This document shows positions 1 through 13,514 of a stretch of 64,000 nucleotides of DNA, piece by piece. The stretch is from Octopus sinensis. Its lineage: Eukaryota. Where the stretch lies: the NCBI RefSeq assembly GCF_006345805.1, contig NC_043012.1, forward strand, positions 47,492,001 through 47,556,000. The letters run 5' to 3'. The translations under genes and the position numbers were made by a program. The stretch's first letter is position 1, and each line of letters starts with the position of its first letter. A model generated the notes under the pieces. That model was not told where the DNA came from. It saw only the letters and a program-made list of their open reading frames with translations, and did no database searches.

Positions 1-440
1 TCATGCTACTCTACATATGGCCTTCTAGCAGAGAACTCTCTCCAACCAAGATTTGACCACGGTCTCCAGCAGCTTCACAGTCATCCAAATTATGCCTAAG
101 GCCCTATTCAAATGTGCGAGAAATGCCCATCTGTCTGCTATGTTCACTCTTACTGGCTACGGCTTCCTAGTACCCTTCGCAAATGTCCATGTCACCTCTT
201 ACAGTGTTCACAGAACACTCAGTAGCAATCCTTATGTCGGCGTTCTGATACCCAGTGCAAAGCATCCTAACACAGGTAACGCTTCTCTAGTGTTTACATG
301 CATCCCACTCATCCATGTCAGCCAAGGTTTTCTCAATTACAACATTAATCTTTACACTTTCCAAAGCTGTTGACTCTTCACCAATACATCAAACTGATCG
401 TCAAATGTAGCCCGAAAACGCTGCAAATTGATATTTTCAC
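1..440 (-). mobile_element. Decayed Tc1/mariner (maT/DD37D-like) transposase remnant, running off the window start
   Basis: Minus-strand translation across frameshifts gives H-FE*GLRHNLDD-VKLLETVVKSWLERV--ARRPYVE*HD, resembling the 'Y..LL...VKPW..RV..GRPYVxQQD' segment before the second catalytic Asp. Multiple stops. Confidence 0.55.
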
Positions 441-825
441 AAGATCATGCTTTTTTAACTTAATCAACACTTATTTTTAACATATATAACTCACAATGAG
501 CCTAAAATAATGCTTTGCTGTGTTATTGTTTCTCTGGGTCTGCAGTCCCCTAAAAGAGGACTTGGGTGTGATATTAATCGTGTGATTTTTTATCATACCC
601 ATTCCCCATATCTCATATCGTTCCTTGTCCTCATACATTTCAGGATTGAAAACGCTACACCTCATCGTTGTGCTGAGAAAGGCAATTTCATGGACTTCGT
701 TGCCTATTGCTGTCGATCCTTTTATGCATTTAGAAAAAAGCCAAATCTGGGGAACTTTCACTGGGAGGATGGGTGGTTGCTTAAAAACAGTGATATTGGA
801 GTCCATGGCTTTGGCTTCCCAGTCA

Positions 826-838
826 TACACACACACAT

Positions 839-925
<87 letters not shown>
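826..925. repeat. Compound (CA)n-(TA)n microsatellite
   Basis: Directly visible dinucleotide runs. Confidence 0.95.
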
Positions 926-926
<1 letters not shown>

Positions 927-1065
927 TCAAAATAAGCAACAAGAATATCTTCAGTAAGTTGGTACGATCGTTTCACACTGCGTCAGTTTTAAAATGTTTA
1001 ATAAAATGAAGTAGCGTGAAACAATCGTACCAAATTACCGAAGATATTCTTATTGCTTATTTTGA
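927..1065. repeat. Fold-back inverted repeat (~65-bp arms, ~10-nt loop) abutting (TA)n
   Basis: tcaaaataagcaacaagaatatcttcagtaagttggtacgatcgtttcac is the near reverse complement of gtgaaacaatcgtaccaaattaccgaagatattcttattgcttattttga. Confidence 0.9.
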
Positions 1066-1167
1066 TGATAATCACCCATGGATTTATTTGGATAACACCG
1101 TACAACATTCTAGTGCATCTGACTTAAATACCATATTCATTTGAATCTAGATTTTGCTGAACGTATA

Positions 1168-1549
1168 TCTCTCTCTATATAAATGGCAGTTTGTCTGTCT
1201 GCGTGTCTGTGTGTCTGTTAGGTTGTACCCTCACCCTGACCACGGCTTTCAACCGATTCTGATGAAACTTGACACACACATAGCCCAATGTCATAATTCA
1301 AAACTAACGTAGCGAAAATTTTGAAAAGTTCCCCCAGTTCTGAAAAAAATCGATAAATTCGACATGGGGTCGACAATCAGAAACACAAACCACAGACTGT
1401 CTAGGGGACGCATCTCGACCTTTTTAACTCTCCAAAAAATTTACCATCATTTTTTTCCCCTTTTTTTGCTATTTTTTGGCTATAACTCTCTAAAAATGCT
1501 TTATAGTTATTTCCCTTACAAACCCGAGCAACGCCGGGCGATACTGCTA

Positions 1550-1550
<1 letters not shown>
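1168..1550 (+). mobile_element. Non-autonomous Helitron
   Basis: 5' a|TC start followed by (tgtc)n-rich head; 3' GC hairpin cccgagc-aac-gccggg (1523-1538) then CTAG|t at 1547-1551. These are canonical Helitron termini at an A|T target with no TSD. Confidence 0.85.
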
Positions 1551-1615
<65 letters not shown>

Positions 1616-1826
1616 GATTTCTAAATATAGCAGAGAGTTATATGCAGTAGTGGTACGGTAGAGTAGTTGTATACTGTCGACTTAATCTGACAGTCCCATG
1701 AAAAGAATAACACTACTACTATTTAGTCTTAGGAAGCAGCAACGCTTCCTGTCAGCCTTGACACATTTCCTGTGCCCTTATCTTTACAAGGGGGAGACAA
1801 GCACCTCCACCTAGCTAAGCCTGCAA

Positions 1827-1867
1827 CCAGAGACTAGTTTCTGCGTCTTTGCTCGTCATCAGTCTGG
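1827..1867 (-). ncRNA. Minimal type-I hammerhead ribozyme motif (inverted arm copy)
   Basis: Reverse complement reads ccaga-CTGATGA-cgagcaaagacgca-GAAAC-TA-GTC-tctgg. Stem II is weakened. Confidence 0.7.
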
Positions 1868-2127
1868 AGTAGCATGGCTGGAGATGCCTGTCTAGCCCTT
1901 GTAAACATATAAGAATTCTAGTGAAATAAATCCACTGATTACAAATATAGAAATAATAAATTTCCAAATATCTCAGAGAGATATATGCAGTAGTGGTACG
2001 ATAGAGTAATTGTATAGTGTCAACTTAATGTGACAGTCCCATGAAAGGAATATCACTACTAATATTTAGCCCTAAGATGTAGTTTACAAGGCTAGACAGG
2101 CATCTCCAGCTAGCAGGCCATGCTACT

Positions 2128-2168
2128 CCAGACTGACGACGAGCAAAAACTCAGAAACTAGTCTCTGG
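2128..2168 (+). ncRNA. Minimal type-I hammerhead ribozyme motif
   Basis: ccaga-CTGACGA-cgag caaaaa ctca-GAAAC-TA-GTC-tctgg: 5-bp stem I (ccaga/tctgg), intact CUGANGA and GAAA core, GUC triplet, palindromic stem III ACTAGT. Confidence 0.8.
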
Positions 2169-2344
2169 CTGCAGACTTAGCTGGGTGGAGGTGTGTGTCT
2201 CTCCCTTGTAAACATAAGGACACAGGAAATGTGTCAAGGCCGACAGGAAGCGTTGCTGCTTCCTAGGGCTAAATAGCAGTTGTGTTATTCCCTTCATGGG
2301 ACTGTCACATTAAGCTGACAGTATACAACTACTCTCTCTCTCTC

Positions 2345-2512
<168 letters not shown>

Positions 2513-2726
2513 ATAGATTTCTAAATATAGCAGAGAGTTATATGCAGTAGTGGTACGGTAGAGTAGTTGTATACTGTCGACTTAATCTGACAGTCCCATG
2601 AAAAGAATAACACTACTACTATTTAGTCTTAGGAAGCAGCAACGCTTCCTGTCAGCCTTGACACATTTCCTGTGCCCTTATCTTTACAAGGGGGAGACAA
2701 GCACCTCCACCTAGCTAAGCCTGCAA

Positions 2727-2767
2727 CCAGAGACTAGTTTCTGCGTCTTTGCTCGTCATCAGTCTGG
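2727..2767 (-). ncRNA. Minimal hammerhead motif (duplicate of 1827-1867)
   Basis: Same sequence in the second tandem unit. Confidence 0.7.
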
Positions 2768-3028
2768 AGTAGCATGGCTGGAGATGCCTGTCTAGCCCTT
2801 GTAAACATATAAGAATTCTAGTGAAATAAATCCACTGATTACAAATATAGAAATAATAAATTTCCAAATATCTCAGAGAGATATATGCAGTAGTGGTACG
2901 ATAGAGTAATTGTATAGTGTCAACTTAATGTGACAGTCCCATGAAAGGAATATCACTACTAATATTTAGCCCTAAGATGTAGTTTACAAGGGCTAGACAG
3001 GCATCTCCAGCTAGCAGGCCATGCTACT

Positions 3029-3069
3029 CCAGACTGACGACGAGCAAAAACTCAGAAACTAGTCTCTGG
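3029..3069 (+). ncRNA. Minimal hammerhead motif (duplicate of 2128-2168)
   Basis: Same sequence in the second tandem unit. Confidence 0.8.
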
Positions 3070-3245
3070 CTGCAGACTTAGCTGGGTGGAGGTGTGTGTC
3101 TCTCCCTTGTAAACATAAGGACACAGGAAATGTGTCAAGGCCGACAGGAAGCGTTGCTGCTTCCTAGGGCTAAATAGCAGTTGTGTTATTCCCTTCATGG
3201 GACTGTCACATTAAGCTGACAGTATACAACTACTCTCTCTCTCTC

Positions 3246-3291
<46 letters not shown>

Positions 3292-3302
3292 TATATATAT
3301 AT

Positions 3303-3336
<34 letters not shown>

Positions 3337-3343
3337 GATATAT

Positions 3344-3379
<36 letters not shown>

Positions 3380-4872
3380 AATACATATATGTATTTCTTT
3401 TACATAATCGCAATGTTCAATTCAATAAGATAATTCTTTTGTAATATATTTAGTACACAAATACTTGATTTAACACAAACAATGACATTTGAATTGCTAA
3501 CATATTTTCTTAATCTTTCTGTGGTATACGACATCGGCCGATGAAGTCAGGCACCGGAGATTTAAAAAAGACATGGGTTTAACATTGTTGTTGCAATTCT
3601 GTAAAGGAGGGGCGTAATGGAGGATTTATAATCGTTACGATAGGGATATGAATAACAGCAATGTTAAGGTTAGCGATTTGATAACATTGTATTAATATTA
3701 TGCAGGCAATTAATAGATAACTTCTTGATACCCATTGCATTCGTTTCTTCTGTTATCAGGACGTGTTCCGTTGTAGAGTGGCTGCACGGAAAACAGGCAC
3801 TATTAATTTACTGAACTGCCAAGTAGAGTGACAGTAACTGATATGACTGACAGGATGACTTTTACAAATCTCTTCTCTGCAAATCCAGAGTAGTTTGAGG
3901 GACTCTTTAAGAATGGTACAACGGAGGTAACAAATAAAAATGATTTTTAAAAATTTACTTATGTAACTGACGTGAGCTGTTCCCTGTAAGCTAGAATAGT
4001 CATCGAAACAGAATATGCAGTGGTTACAAATGATAGAATTTAAGAACATGAAATAGGTTGTCGGATATCTAAATGAAAATTGACAATATAGACGCACGGT
4101 AGTAACTGAAATAAAATAACTTGTGTCTAAATAACATTTTTGGAAACTCGTTAACGAGTAATGTAATAGCACTACTAACACAGAAGAACACAGTATTGAT
4201 TTGTGAAAGCGTTTAGTATAGTTTATTATGGTTGCATAACGAAATATGGTAATCCTACAGGTCATTAATACTTCTGGAAACGTCAGCAAAATACCTTCCA
4301 CGCGTTTATTAAATTTAGTATAATCAATGGTCAACACTGCAGGATACAGTTGAATGCTTTAAGTGAGGTCTTACATGAAAATAGATTTAAAATGTATGCT
4401 ATTAAAAAAGTCATCACCTTGAATACAATATCTAATTTTAAATAGGGAAATATGTGGTAGTAATATAGAAGATCAGAGACACGTAATAATGATTAGAAAA
4501 ATTTTGAAAGATACTTATATCAGAAGATTACATAAAATGTATGTTGCAATGATATAAATCGGAAAAAAACAGATCATCTTCCCAAAAGTAATTACAGTAA
4601 CCGACTTGCCTTAGAAAGTGTAAGGAAAAGGACAGTTGTAGGCATTCACAACATTTAAAATTGATGGTGGTGGTATTTTGAGATGTTGCGTTGACAGATT
4701 ACACCCAGCTACTTTCAACTTCTTGATCGATTCGGAGTACTTAGAGGCGAAATGTTCCGCAAGTGAACAGGAACAACTACTATGAACAGCGATCTAAACT
4801 GGGCTCTCCAAAATACACTCCAGCAACGTAATTAATCATTTCCAGACAAATATGTAATTTAGACGAGGTGTA

Positions 4873-4895
4873 TAGGGTTAGGGTTAGGGTTAGGG
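4873..4895 (+). repeat. Short interstitial telomere-type (TTAGGG)3-4 run
   Basis: tagggttagggttagggttaggg. Confidence 0.8.
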
Positions 4896-5309
4896 ATAAG
4901 CTGATGTTCTGAGGGGAAAACTGCAAGCTCCTTGTTAATATGACTGTTCTCGATGATACGAAAATACAAACTAACAATAACTTATGGAAATTATTGGGTC
5001 CCATCAGACTGGATTCTCTTAATCCTGGAGATACATCCATTTTAATATAACCATATTGAACTTTATCAAAACTACTATACAGAACTACCATAGAATTTAT
5101 GCTGACGTCTCGAACATATTTTCAGCTCCAATTTCACATAAATATCCAGAGATATTTCAATGGACTAATATTTACTATTTCATCGCACACTAACAATAAA
5201 AGAAAAGGGGAGAGAGAGGGCCGAATCGAGATATTACATTAGGAGGAGTACAACAATTGCTATCTAGAAGCTCATTTCATATATTATCTAGCATTGCATG
5301 TGGTGAATA

Positions 5310-5497
5310 CTTATATTTTTTATTTATGCGCCCTTTTCAACCCTAGCCAGGCTCATAAGCCCAGTTTCCCGGTTTCTGTGGCGTATGTGTTCCCCCCAGC
5401 TGGAAGGGACGCCAGTCCATCGCAGCGTTACTCAAGAAACAGGAAGAAAGGGTGAGAGAAAGTTGGGGCGAAAGACTAGAGAAATGCAAGATGAGTG
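5310..5497. mobile_element. Unclassified interspersed repeat fragment, related to 36360-36565
   Basis: Both loci share gtgagagaaagttg(g/t)ggcgaaaga and are GC-richer than their flanks. Confidence 0.45.
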
Positions 5498-6533
5498 ACA
5501 AGTAGACGAGTAGAAGTGGAAAGGGAATTCGAAACCCAATAGAGTTGTGATAATACACGGACAAAATAATACTGCCTTGTAAAACTACTTGAGCACAGAT
5601 AAAGTTAAAATCATATGAGGGTTTCCCTCCGAGAATAAACGATGCGTGGCTCTGTTATACTGTAATGCCATATGACAGAGCCTCATTCTACAGGCTCTAA
5701 TAGGAAAACATCTAAGAAAATCACCTAACACATGCTACAAAATAAATGTGACTCAAAGACAAGCGTATTTCTTAAGACTTCAAGGTTTATTTTTTCGCAT
5801 CGTCTCATAGTGCTGAGCCAGGAATCTATGTGCCATTGTTTCCAATTCTGCTTCTCTGCCAATGCATTAAATATTTTCAATGTTGTTCATCCATTATTAG
5901 GTTGCAAAAGTTTTCAAAGTATAACATCGTATATAGTTTGCTCTTTATCATGATAGAAAGTACCCTGCTTAGATCAATAGCAGTAGAAACTGCTGGAGTT
6001 TATTCATGTATCTCACATTTGTTCTTGTATTCATGTCAGCCCTCATGAGATGCTTCGTGCGTATGCATGCTATCAATGTCATTGGGAGCGAGGTGAATGT
6101 TTCCTACTCTTCCCATGTAGAAAGCAAACTTTTGTTGAATTCAAAATGTTACTTAATCAGAAGACCAGAGATTTTTGAGCTGGTTACAGCCTTTACAGCC
6201 TTGCATGTTGGCAACCCTATTTTGCTGTTAGCATCGCAGGAAAACAAGTTATTTGAAGTCACTCACTTATACTGCGTGCTTTCATTGGGCATATATCGGT
6301 AAGTGAGATCAATCTTCATTGATATTTAATCAGTTTTCATTGTTTTGAAAAATAATCAAACGTCAGCCGTTGAGGAAATGTAATTATAACGTCTGAGAGA
6401 TTGATTTCGTCTCCAAATGGAAATCTTTCTATGAAATGGGGGTCAAATGTTTGTCTATAATAATATAAGCCAATCATCATGAAGAGTAATAACAACATGA
6501 CATTAGTTCAAAATCCGCCTAGGTAGATCTTTT

Positions 6534-6742
6534 AAGGTGGCGAGCTGGTAGAATCGTTAGCATGCCAGGCAAAATACTTAGATAGATTTCGTCCAACCTA
6601 ATTTTCCGTGTTCAAATTCATCTGTGATCGACTTTGCTTTTCATCCTTTCGGGGTCGATAAAATAAGAACCAGAACTGGGGACGACGTAATCGGTTAATA
6701 CCCACACCCGAAATTACGTGCCAAAATTCGAAATCAATATTT
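6534..6742 (+). mobile_element. tRNA-derived SINE, family B (Nin/Deu-domain-like)
   Basis: A-box-like gctggtagaatcgttagc and B-box-like gttcaaattc, followed by ttttcatcctttcggggtcgataaaataag. The same motif recurs about 8 times in the window. Confidence 0.8.
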
Positions 6743-7740
6743 GATAGAATCTATAGGTTTTATGACTAATTCAAAACCATATATGACCTTAATGAATGAA
6801 TTGATGCCTATACCAATGCGTACATAAAAGCAATTGTCACATCCACAAAAGCGATGAAAAAGGTTGCCTGCGTTGAATACTTTCTGCTAACGTTCATTAC
6901 ATTTTATCAGGCCATTATACAACAGCTATTAGAAAATATATTTGGAGACACTTTAACGCAGCCAAATTACTCTGCATACGTTTAGGCACCTACTTGTAAA
7001 TGCTTCAGAAATAAAACACGCTTTTATACATGTAACATTGGATATATATTTCAACTTAGTACATAAGAAGTCTGACGTAGTTTTCCATTACATAAATGAG
7101 AATAGCATATTAATTATTGATAGAACAATAATTCTAAATGCCAATAAACTAATATGGAAATGAGCTAAAAGCATAGGTATGACACTAAAGTAGTTGTAGA
7201 ATAAATACATTATCATAGCTAAAGAATGTTTCAATCATCTGACTTGCAATTTACATAACAGGAGTGATACTCAGTCATTATTTCTGTAATTATAATGACA
7301 GGTCACCTATGATGATAGATATAGACACTTTCCAGAAAATAGAAATATAAGCATCTATAAATATGAGTTACCTTTCCTTAGAATATACATATTAACGGTA
7401 AAAGATTTAAGCTAGCTTTGAACGCTTTTCTTAACTTTGAACATGTTTCTGTGTCTTTTCCAGAATAGAGCTTATTCTTGGAGAAAAAAAAACAGTATAC
7501 CATTTCCTCAGTCTATTTGTAATTAAGATACATATTAATAAAGTGGTATCTACTAGAAGGCAATATCAAAATTTTAGACCTTATTTTTCTTCAGCCACTA
7601 ACTTTGCATTACTACTACTCCAACATGATTGCTTAGCATCACATCATTCATCAAAACCTAAATCACACACTTTCTCCTCTCTGAAGTTCAAAGACATGTC
7701 AAATTCGCTCTCACGTATTTTCTGTATCGCATTTTCATTT

Positions 7741-7837
<97 letters not shown>

Positions 7838-8125
7838 ATAATATAAGGTTAAATAACAATTAACTTTAAAAATTAATAATTATTACTAAGTAGTTGTGGT
7901 ATGGAAACATAACCATTATCATCGGTAGGAACTTTTACAAAAAGTTCTTTATATATATAAATGTAGGGTTAAGCAACGTGTTGCTTAGCCATATACCGAA
8001 AATTTAGAAATAGTCAAAAACCGCTTATTCCTATTTACTACAAATATAGCTCCACATATAACATTTACTTGTAACTCACATATGCAAAAAGAAGGAAAAA
8101 TAACGAAAACAAACAATCATCGGTC

Positions 8126-8189
8126 AGTTGTGGACGCGTTTCTGGGTTAGAATTATAAGTAACTCATTCGCGTCCTCAGTACGACAATT
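8126..8189 (-). ncRNA. Degenerate hammerhead motif
   Basis: Reverse complement: aattgtcgta-CTGAGGA-cgcgaatgagtta...taaccca-GAAAC-GC-GTC-cacaact, with palindromic stem III ACGCGT and imperfect stems I and II. Confidence 0.5.
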
Positions 8190-9040
8190 CTATAAATTAT
8201 AGATTTGCAAATGTTATTAACCTACCTCTTGTATCCCGATCCCGCGCCATCGGAGATAGCAGAAAATAGTCTGCGCAAATCAAATCCATATAGATGAATG
8301 AATTCGTATTTTCCCTCCAAGATTTATATATATAATATTTTTGATAAAGAATATACTTTATCAGAAATCAAATTCTCTCACAAAGTTAAGATTTGCACTT
8401 AGACATGCTCAAGAGGAACTTGAGACAAAAGAAAAAAAAAACATAAAATATGAAGAAACGTAAGACTAGGCAATTTAATCCAGAAACCCGACACCGATTG
8501 CAGATGAATTTAAAGAGTAAGTATTTACATGATACATTAAAAATATAGAAATACATAGACAATTTTCAAATATCTATAAATAAATAGATATATTAAAAAT
8601 ATATATGTAAGATATAAGATTTAAAAAATAATAGATGTAGACATAAATATATTAGCACATCCATGTATACGTAAATATATTGAAGAATGTCTGAAGTAGC
8701 GATGAACGCGAAATAAAAGATACAAGGCGGAAAGAAATTAAAAGTCAGAATAGTTTTAAAATAGTTAAAATAGGATAGCGCGGGTCGTTTCTAGAGGTCA
8801 ATAGCTGGTAAAAATAGGGGGATAAAGTACCCATTATTTAGTAATCCCTCTTTCTGCAGGGTAACAGATTTTACATTTGCAAGTTGACACTAATAAGTAC
8901 TAGAGCTTAGGTTTCTTTATAGATAAGAGGTATAGGTGGGGAAAGAATGAGAATTAAATATATTCCAATAAAATATTCATGACAAAGAATAGGAGTTTGT
9001 TTTAAAATGTAGCTGTGGTTATATTGAGCATATATACTTA

Positions 9041-9245
9041 TATGCTAAATATATCCACAAGCTGAACTCTGAAAACAGAAAGTACACACAAGAATGGCCC
9101 TTTGAATCTGAAACCCGCTCATATAACACTAAATTAGGCAAGGGTAAATTATATATAAGAGAAGCGCTCGTAATTATCCGAATGCAGTCTATCACTACTT
9201 AACAAATTATCGCACGTCGTTTTCCATTCAAACATAAAATTTACA
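9041..9245 (+). pseudogene. Penelope-type GIY-YIG endonuclease C-terminal fragment
   Basis: Translates YAKYIHKLNSENRKYTQEWPFESETRSYNTKLGKGKLYIREALVII...HK, resembling the PLE pattern 'LSKYIW.LK..N..Y.I.W.....YN.....C.LC..E...I'. Cysteines are lost and there is an internal stop. Confidence 0.6.
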
Positions 9246-9588
9246 CAAACTTTTAACACTTTAGTGACTCTGGTAAGAATTGAACTAACATACATTTTAA
9301 AACAAACTCTTACTCCTTGTCATAAATATTTTATTGAATATATTTATTTCTCCTTCTTCTCACACCCATACCTCCTATCTATAAAGAAGCCTAAACTCTA
9401 ATATTTGTCATTGTCAACATGCAAATGTAAAAACCTGTTACCGTGAAGAAGGAGGAATTGTTAGAGTAAATTCGTTCAGGTGGGTCACTGTCATTACCTC
9501 CCTTTCTTTCAGGTTTCTTCTGGCTATTTCAGCAATTTTTTTCTCTCGCCATTTTTATTCGTCCTCTTTCCTTTTTAACCTTTTAATA

Positions 9589-9624
9589 TTTTCTGTCGAG
9601 AAGCGTAGGTTCGAAACGTAAAAG
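9589..9624 (+). ncRNA. Variant minimal hammerhead-like motif
   Basis: tttt-CTGTCGA-gaagcgtaggttc-GAAACGTA-aaag. Homologous to 13316-13351 and 32683-32717. Confidence 0.45.
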
Positions 9625-9652
9625 TGGTTGTTTTCCTCCACCACTTTTCATC

Positions 9653-9719
<67 letters not shown>

Positions 9720-9760
9720 CATATATATATAACATATATATATATATATATATAATATAC

Positions 9761-9791
<31 letters not shown>

Positions 9792-12700
9792 CATATATAT
9801 ATATACATATACATATATATATATATGTATATATATATATAAATATATATACATATACATGTATATATATATATATATGTATATACATACAAACACACAA
9901 ATACATGCCACACATGCATTCATTCACATAAGCCCCCACCCATATATATATGTATATGAGGAGAGAGAGAGAGAGAGTGATAGAAAGAGAGAGAATTTTT
10001 CAGGAAGTAACTTTACAATAGTATGGGAAGGCTGTGAAAATGATTCGCCAAAGGATAACATTTTATGCACAAGATTCCTAATAGGATAAATTATATAGAA
10101 GAGTTCTGACTGACAAAAGAAATCGTCACGCAAAGCCGCTTCTGTAATAATTTATAGCAACTTTTTTGAATGTATTTAAAATCCTGTCATCAAATCTGAC
10201 GGCATTGATTTGTTTCTCTGTCCGTAAGAAGAAACTGGATTTTGGTTCGGATAGAAGTAGCATGCAACCTCATGATTTCTGAGTCTTATCAGTAACATAC
10301 AATTCTCATACAATAGGTTAAGAGAAATTACCCCATTCTATAGTGCAACTAAATCTTAAACTCGACACTGCCAAGCGAAAGAGAACAGGGTTTATTGAAA
10401 ATGAGAAAAAGACAAGGAGCTTGAGAGGTAAAAGTAACCATTTGTACCTGTATATTTTTAAACAATAGTATGCAATTCAGAAAGCAATTATCAGTTACTA
10501 CAACATACAATTCAAAATGAGATTAATTTTTGCAAATGGTAACATTATTCAGTAATAAAATAAGGTAAGATAGACTTGAAGCTACCTTTACATCAAAGAT
10601 TCATCCATTTATTTTATTTCTATCTCCTACGAGATTCTTACGCAGCCAATTTATTATGAACGTTCCGCAAACAAAATGTGTCTTAATGCGTTAGTTTTTT
10701 CTACACTATATACGTTTGCTCGCGTATTTGAAACAAGCTAATTCATTATCATGATTGACATAAAAATACAACAAATATCAGTGGATCAATAGCTTTATTT
10801 TTAACATTGACGAACATTTTAAAATTATGAAAATATTCAGGATTTTCACAATGGAATATTGATAACCAGTGTAAGAGGGACCACGTGACACAGCTATAAT
10901 ATGATGATAATGAAGATGGAAAGATGAATATTAGTGTTACCTTTTCAAAAATAAATAAATAGATAAAAAAATGAATAAATAAATAAAATAAAATAAAGAT
11001 AAAAAGCAGCAGCGAATGACAGAAGTGATAGATTTGCTGATAAAATACCTTAGGATATTCATTTTCGTTCGTTAATCTTCTGAGCAAAATCTCCATGGAG
11101 TCGATTTTACCTTTCAATCGAGCAAGGTTCATTAAAAAAATAAAGAGCCAGTAATGCACTGATATCAGTTCCCTTGACAGTTCTGTCGTATCAATGTGTG
11201 TCCTAGTGCCACTTTAAAGAATCGATAGTAAAAGGAATTAATATTCTACTGTTTAAAATAAGTGCATATGATTATGAGCAGTAAGTCATGGACAAACTAC
11301 TTCAATGATTCTCTGATGTTCAGTGCGATTTAGTTCTTGTTAAGGAAGATGATATATACAGAGCATTTCGTTAGAAATAGAAATCAAATCAAACTCCTTT
11401 ATCCTACAAATAGAAGGACACTTTCGTTAATGCAATTCTGGATACATTATTCATGAATGACGATAAAGAAAGAAAGCCTTTGATCGTAGGTCTGCTGGAC
11501 CAAGGCTGGCCTTGGGCAAAGTAACAGTGGCAGACATTAGATACATGGAATATCAAAGTAGACTATGACAAATAATGGATGGCCATAGCTTGGATACATT
11601 AGATCATGTATGTTTGTTGGATTAAGAATAATCTTAGGATAAATATCATCAATAGACTTATGAAATCCTGTTCTGATTTATTCTACACGATTGTGACACA
11701 TTACCTCCGATTTATTAGCAAAGTCATATGTGTATGTATGAATTTGCGCGATGAATAGATATGTCTGAAAGAATGGATATAGTCGTATGGATGTGTGCGT
11801 GTGTCGGTTGGTGTGTATCAATGCGTTAATTTCGTGGTGAAGGCTGTGTTGAATATAGAGAATCATTTTTTTTTTCCATTTCGATATCAAATATTTCCGT
11901 TATTTCTCAAATCAACCAAAGATCATGAGATTTAGGAATCGTGTGACACGGAAAATGATTTTTAATGATTGCAAATAACGTTAGCCTAGTTGGCAGAAAT
12001 GCTCTGGCCTGAAATGTAACGAGAATGATTGTATTGAAATTCATTGTCAAAGCATGGAGAAGCTCACGTGCCTGATTATGGAAAATCTGATGAGTATGAG
12101 GTTATTATTATGATAAACAGAATAGTGCCCAGTAAAGGATTGACTAAACAGCACTGTGATACAATTCAATGACACAAAGCCAGTATACATTCGGTAACAC
12201 AATAGATAAAAAGGAATAAACTACTGAAAGAATGTTATTCACTGCTGAAGGTATGTTTTAGTGTATGATATTTCTTCTCTTTATAACTAACTACTACATG
12301 AAGCAGCTTGTTATATTTAATTACATGATTACATCTAAAGCAGTTCAAAATGTAGTGTGACAGACAGAAGTGTAGTATAAAGACTAAATATTAATGCGGT
12401 GAATTAAATTATAGTGCACCGAGCATTGTTTTTATTCGTCTTTCAACGATCCGGATAGAACCAATGGAGTTTATCATTGCATTTCGTCCATGACATTGGT
12501 TTAAGAACGATAAATTGTAATATGAGTGTTCATGCATTTGATGACTACGTTTCCTTGTGGATTTGTATTTTTATGTCTGTTTTTGAAATCCTTATTAATT
12601 CACATCATTCCATCATCCAGATACACTTTAATAACCAGTGAAAATATCTGAATAGCTAGAAACCTCAGAGCAATTAATTCAGTTACATAAACTTGCCTTG

Positions 12701-12926
12701 AATAAAATCAGGAAATTTATTTATCCCTAATCGACTAAATGGTATCATTTTCCTGGAAAATGATCAGGTTTCTGAATTCATTTAATAGCGGCGAATTAGC
12801 TACGATAATTTATAATTACACTGACTGTCCAATTTGCTAAATATTTTATAATTTTAGTTCTTTTCAGAAACTTAGCAGTTTTGAAAATAATATGATATTC
12901 ACATACAAATAGATGCATATATATAT

Positions 12927-12996
<70 letters not shown>

Positions 12997-13015
12997 CACA
13001 TACATACATATATAG

Positions 13016-13432
13016 ACAACAGCTTCCCTCTCCACACACACACTTCTCAGCACTCCCACATCCCACCATCATCCACATACAAGTACAATCTTCAGTAGCG
13101 TCACCACACACCACTATACGAGCAACCACACACTCTGTTTAACTCAGTACACACACTGTTCTCACATACACACAACAGCTTGCGCACCGCCTCTTTTTGG
13201 GGATCACTCTGAATTAACTACTCTTCATTCAAACTCTCTCTATTATTATCTTCCTTTCATTGGACCACTGAACTCAACACATTTTTTTTCTCTCTCCATT
13301 TATTTCCTCTTATTCCTTTCTGTCAAAGAGCGTACACTCGAAACGTAAAAGACTTTTCTATTTTCCCCGCTTGTTATTCGCTTGTTCCTACAGCTGTCTG
13401 CGTCTTTCTTTTTCTATAAAGTGGAACTATAC
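13016..13432 (+). mobile_element. Non-autonomous PLE-like 3' fragment between (TA)n arrays, with HHR-like motif at 13316-13351
   Basis: cttt-CTGTCAA-a-gagcgtacactc-GAAACGTA-aaag. Flanks (ggatcac..gaatta, ttgttcctaca..cgtcttt..gaactata) are homologous to 20055-20303. Confidence 0.55.
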
Positions 13433-13470
13433 ACCGACACACACACAGACAGACATACACACACACACAT

Positions 13471-13514
<44 letters not shown>

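Larger units (their letters stand above)
7836..9650. mobile_element. Cluster of Penelope-like element remnants between (TA)n arrays
   Basis: Contains a GIY-YIG C-terminal fragment, an inverted pair 8860-9011/9291-9442 and two HHR-like motifs. 7964-8160 is homologous to 37927-38128. Confidence 0.65.

Noticed and set aside
1259-1270. CTGATGA inside the Helitron (also at 12087)
   Set aside because: No stem II-GAAA-stem III arrangement follows.
3756-4337. 193-aa minus-strand ORF (longest in the track)
   Set aside because: It has a non-ATG start and no recognisable motif. It may be part of an old retroelement, but I could not support a call.
6534-6640. tRNA-like A/B boxes here and in other SINE heads
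   Set aside because: No complete cloverleaf, and they continue into SINE bodies, so they are not tRNA genes.
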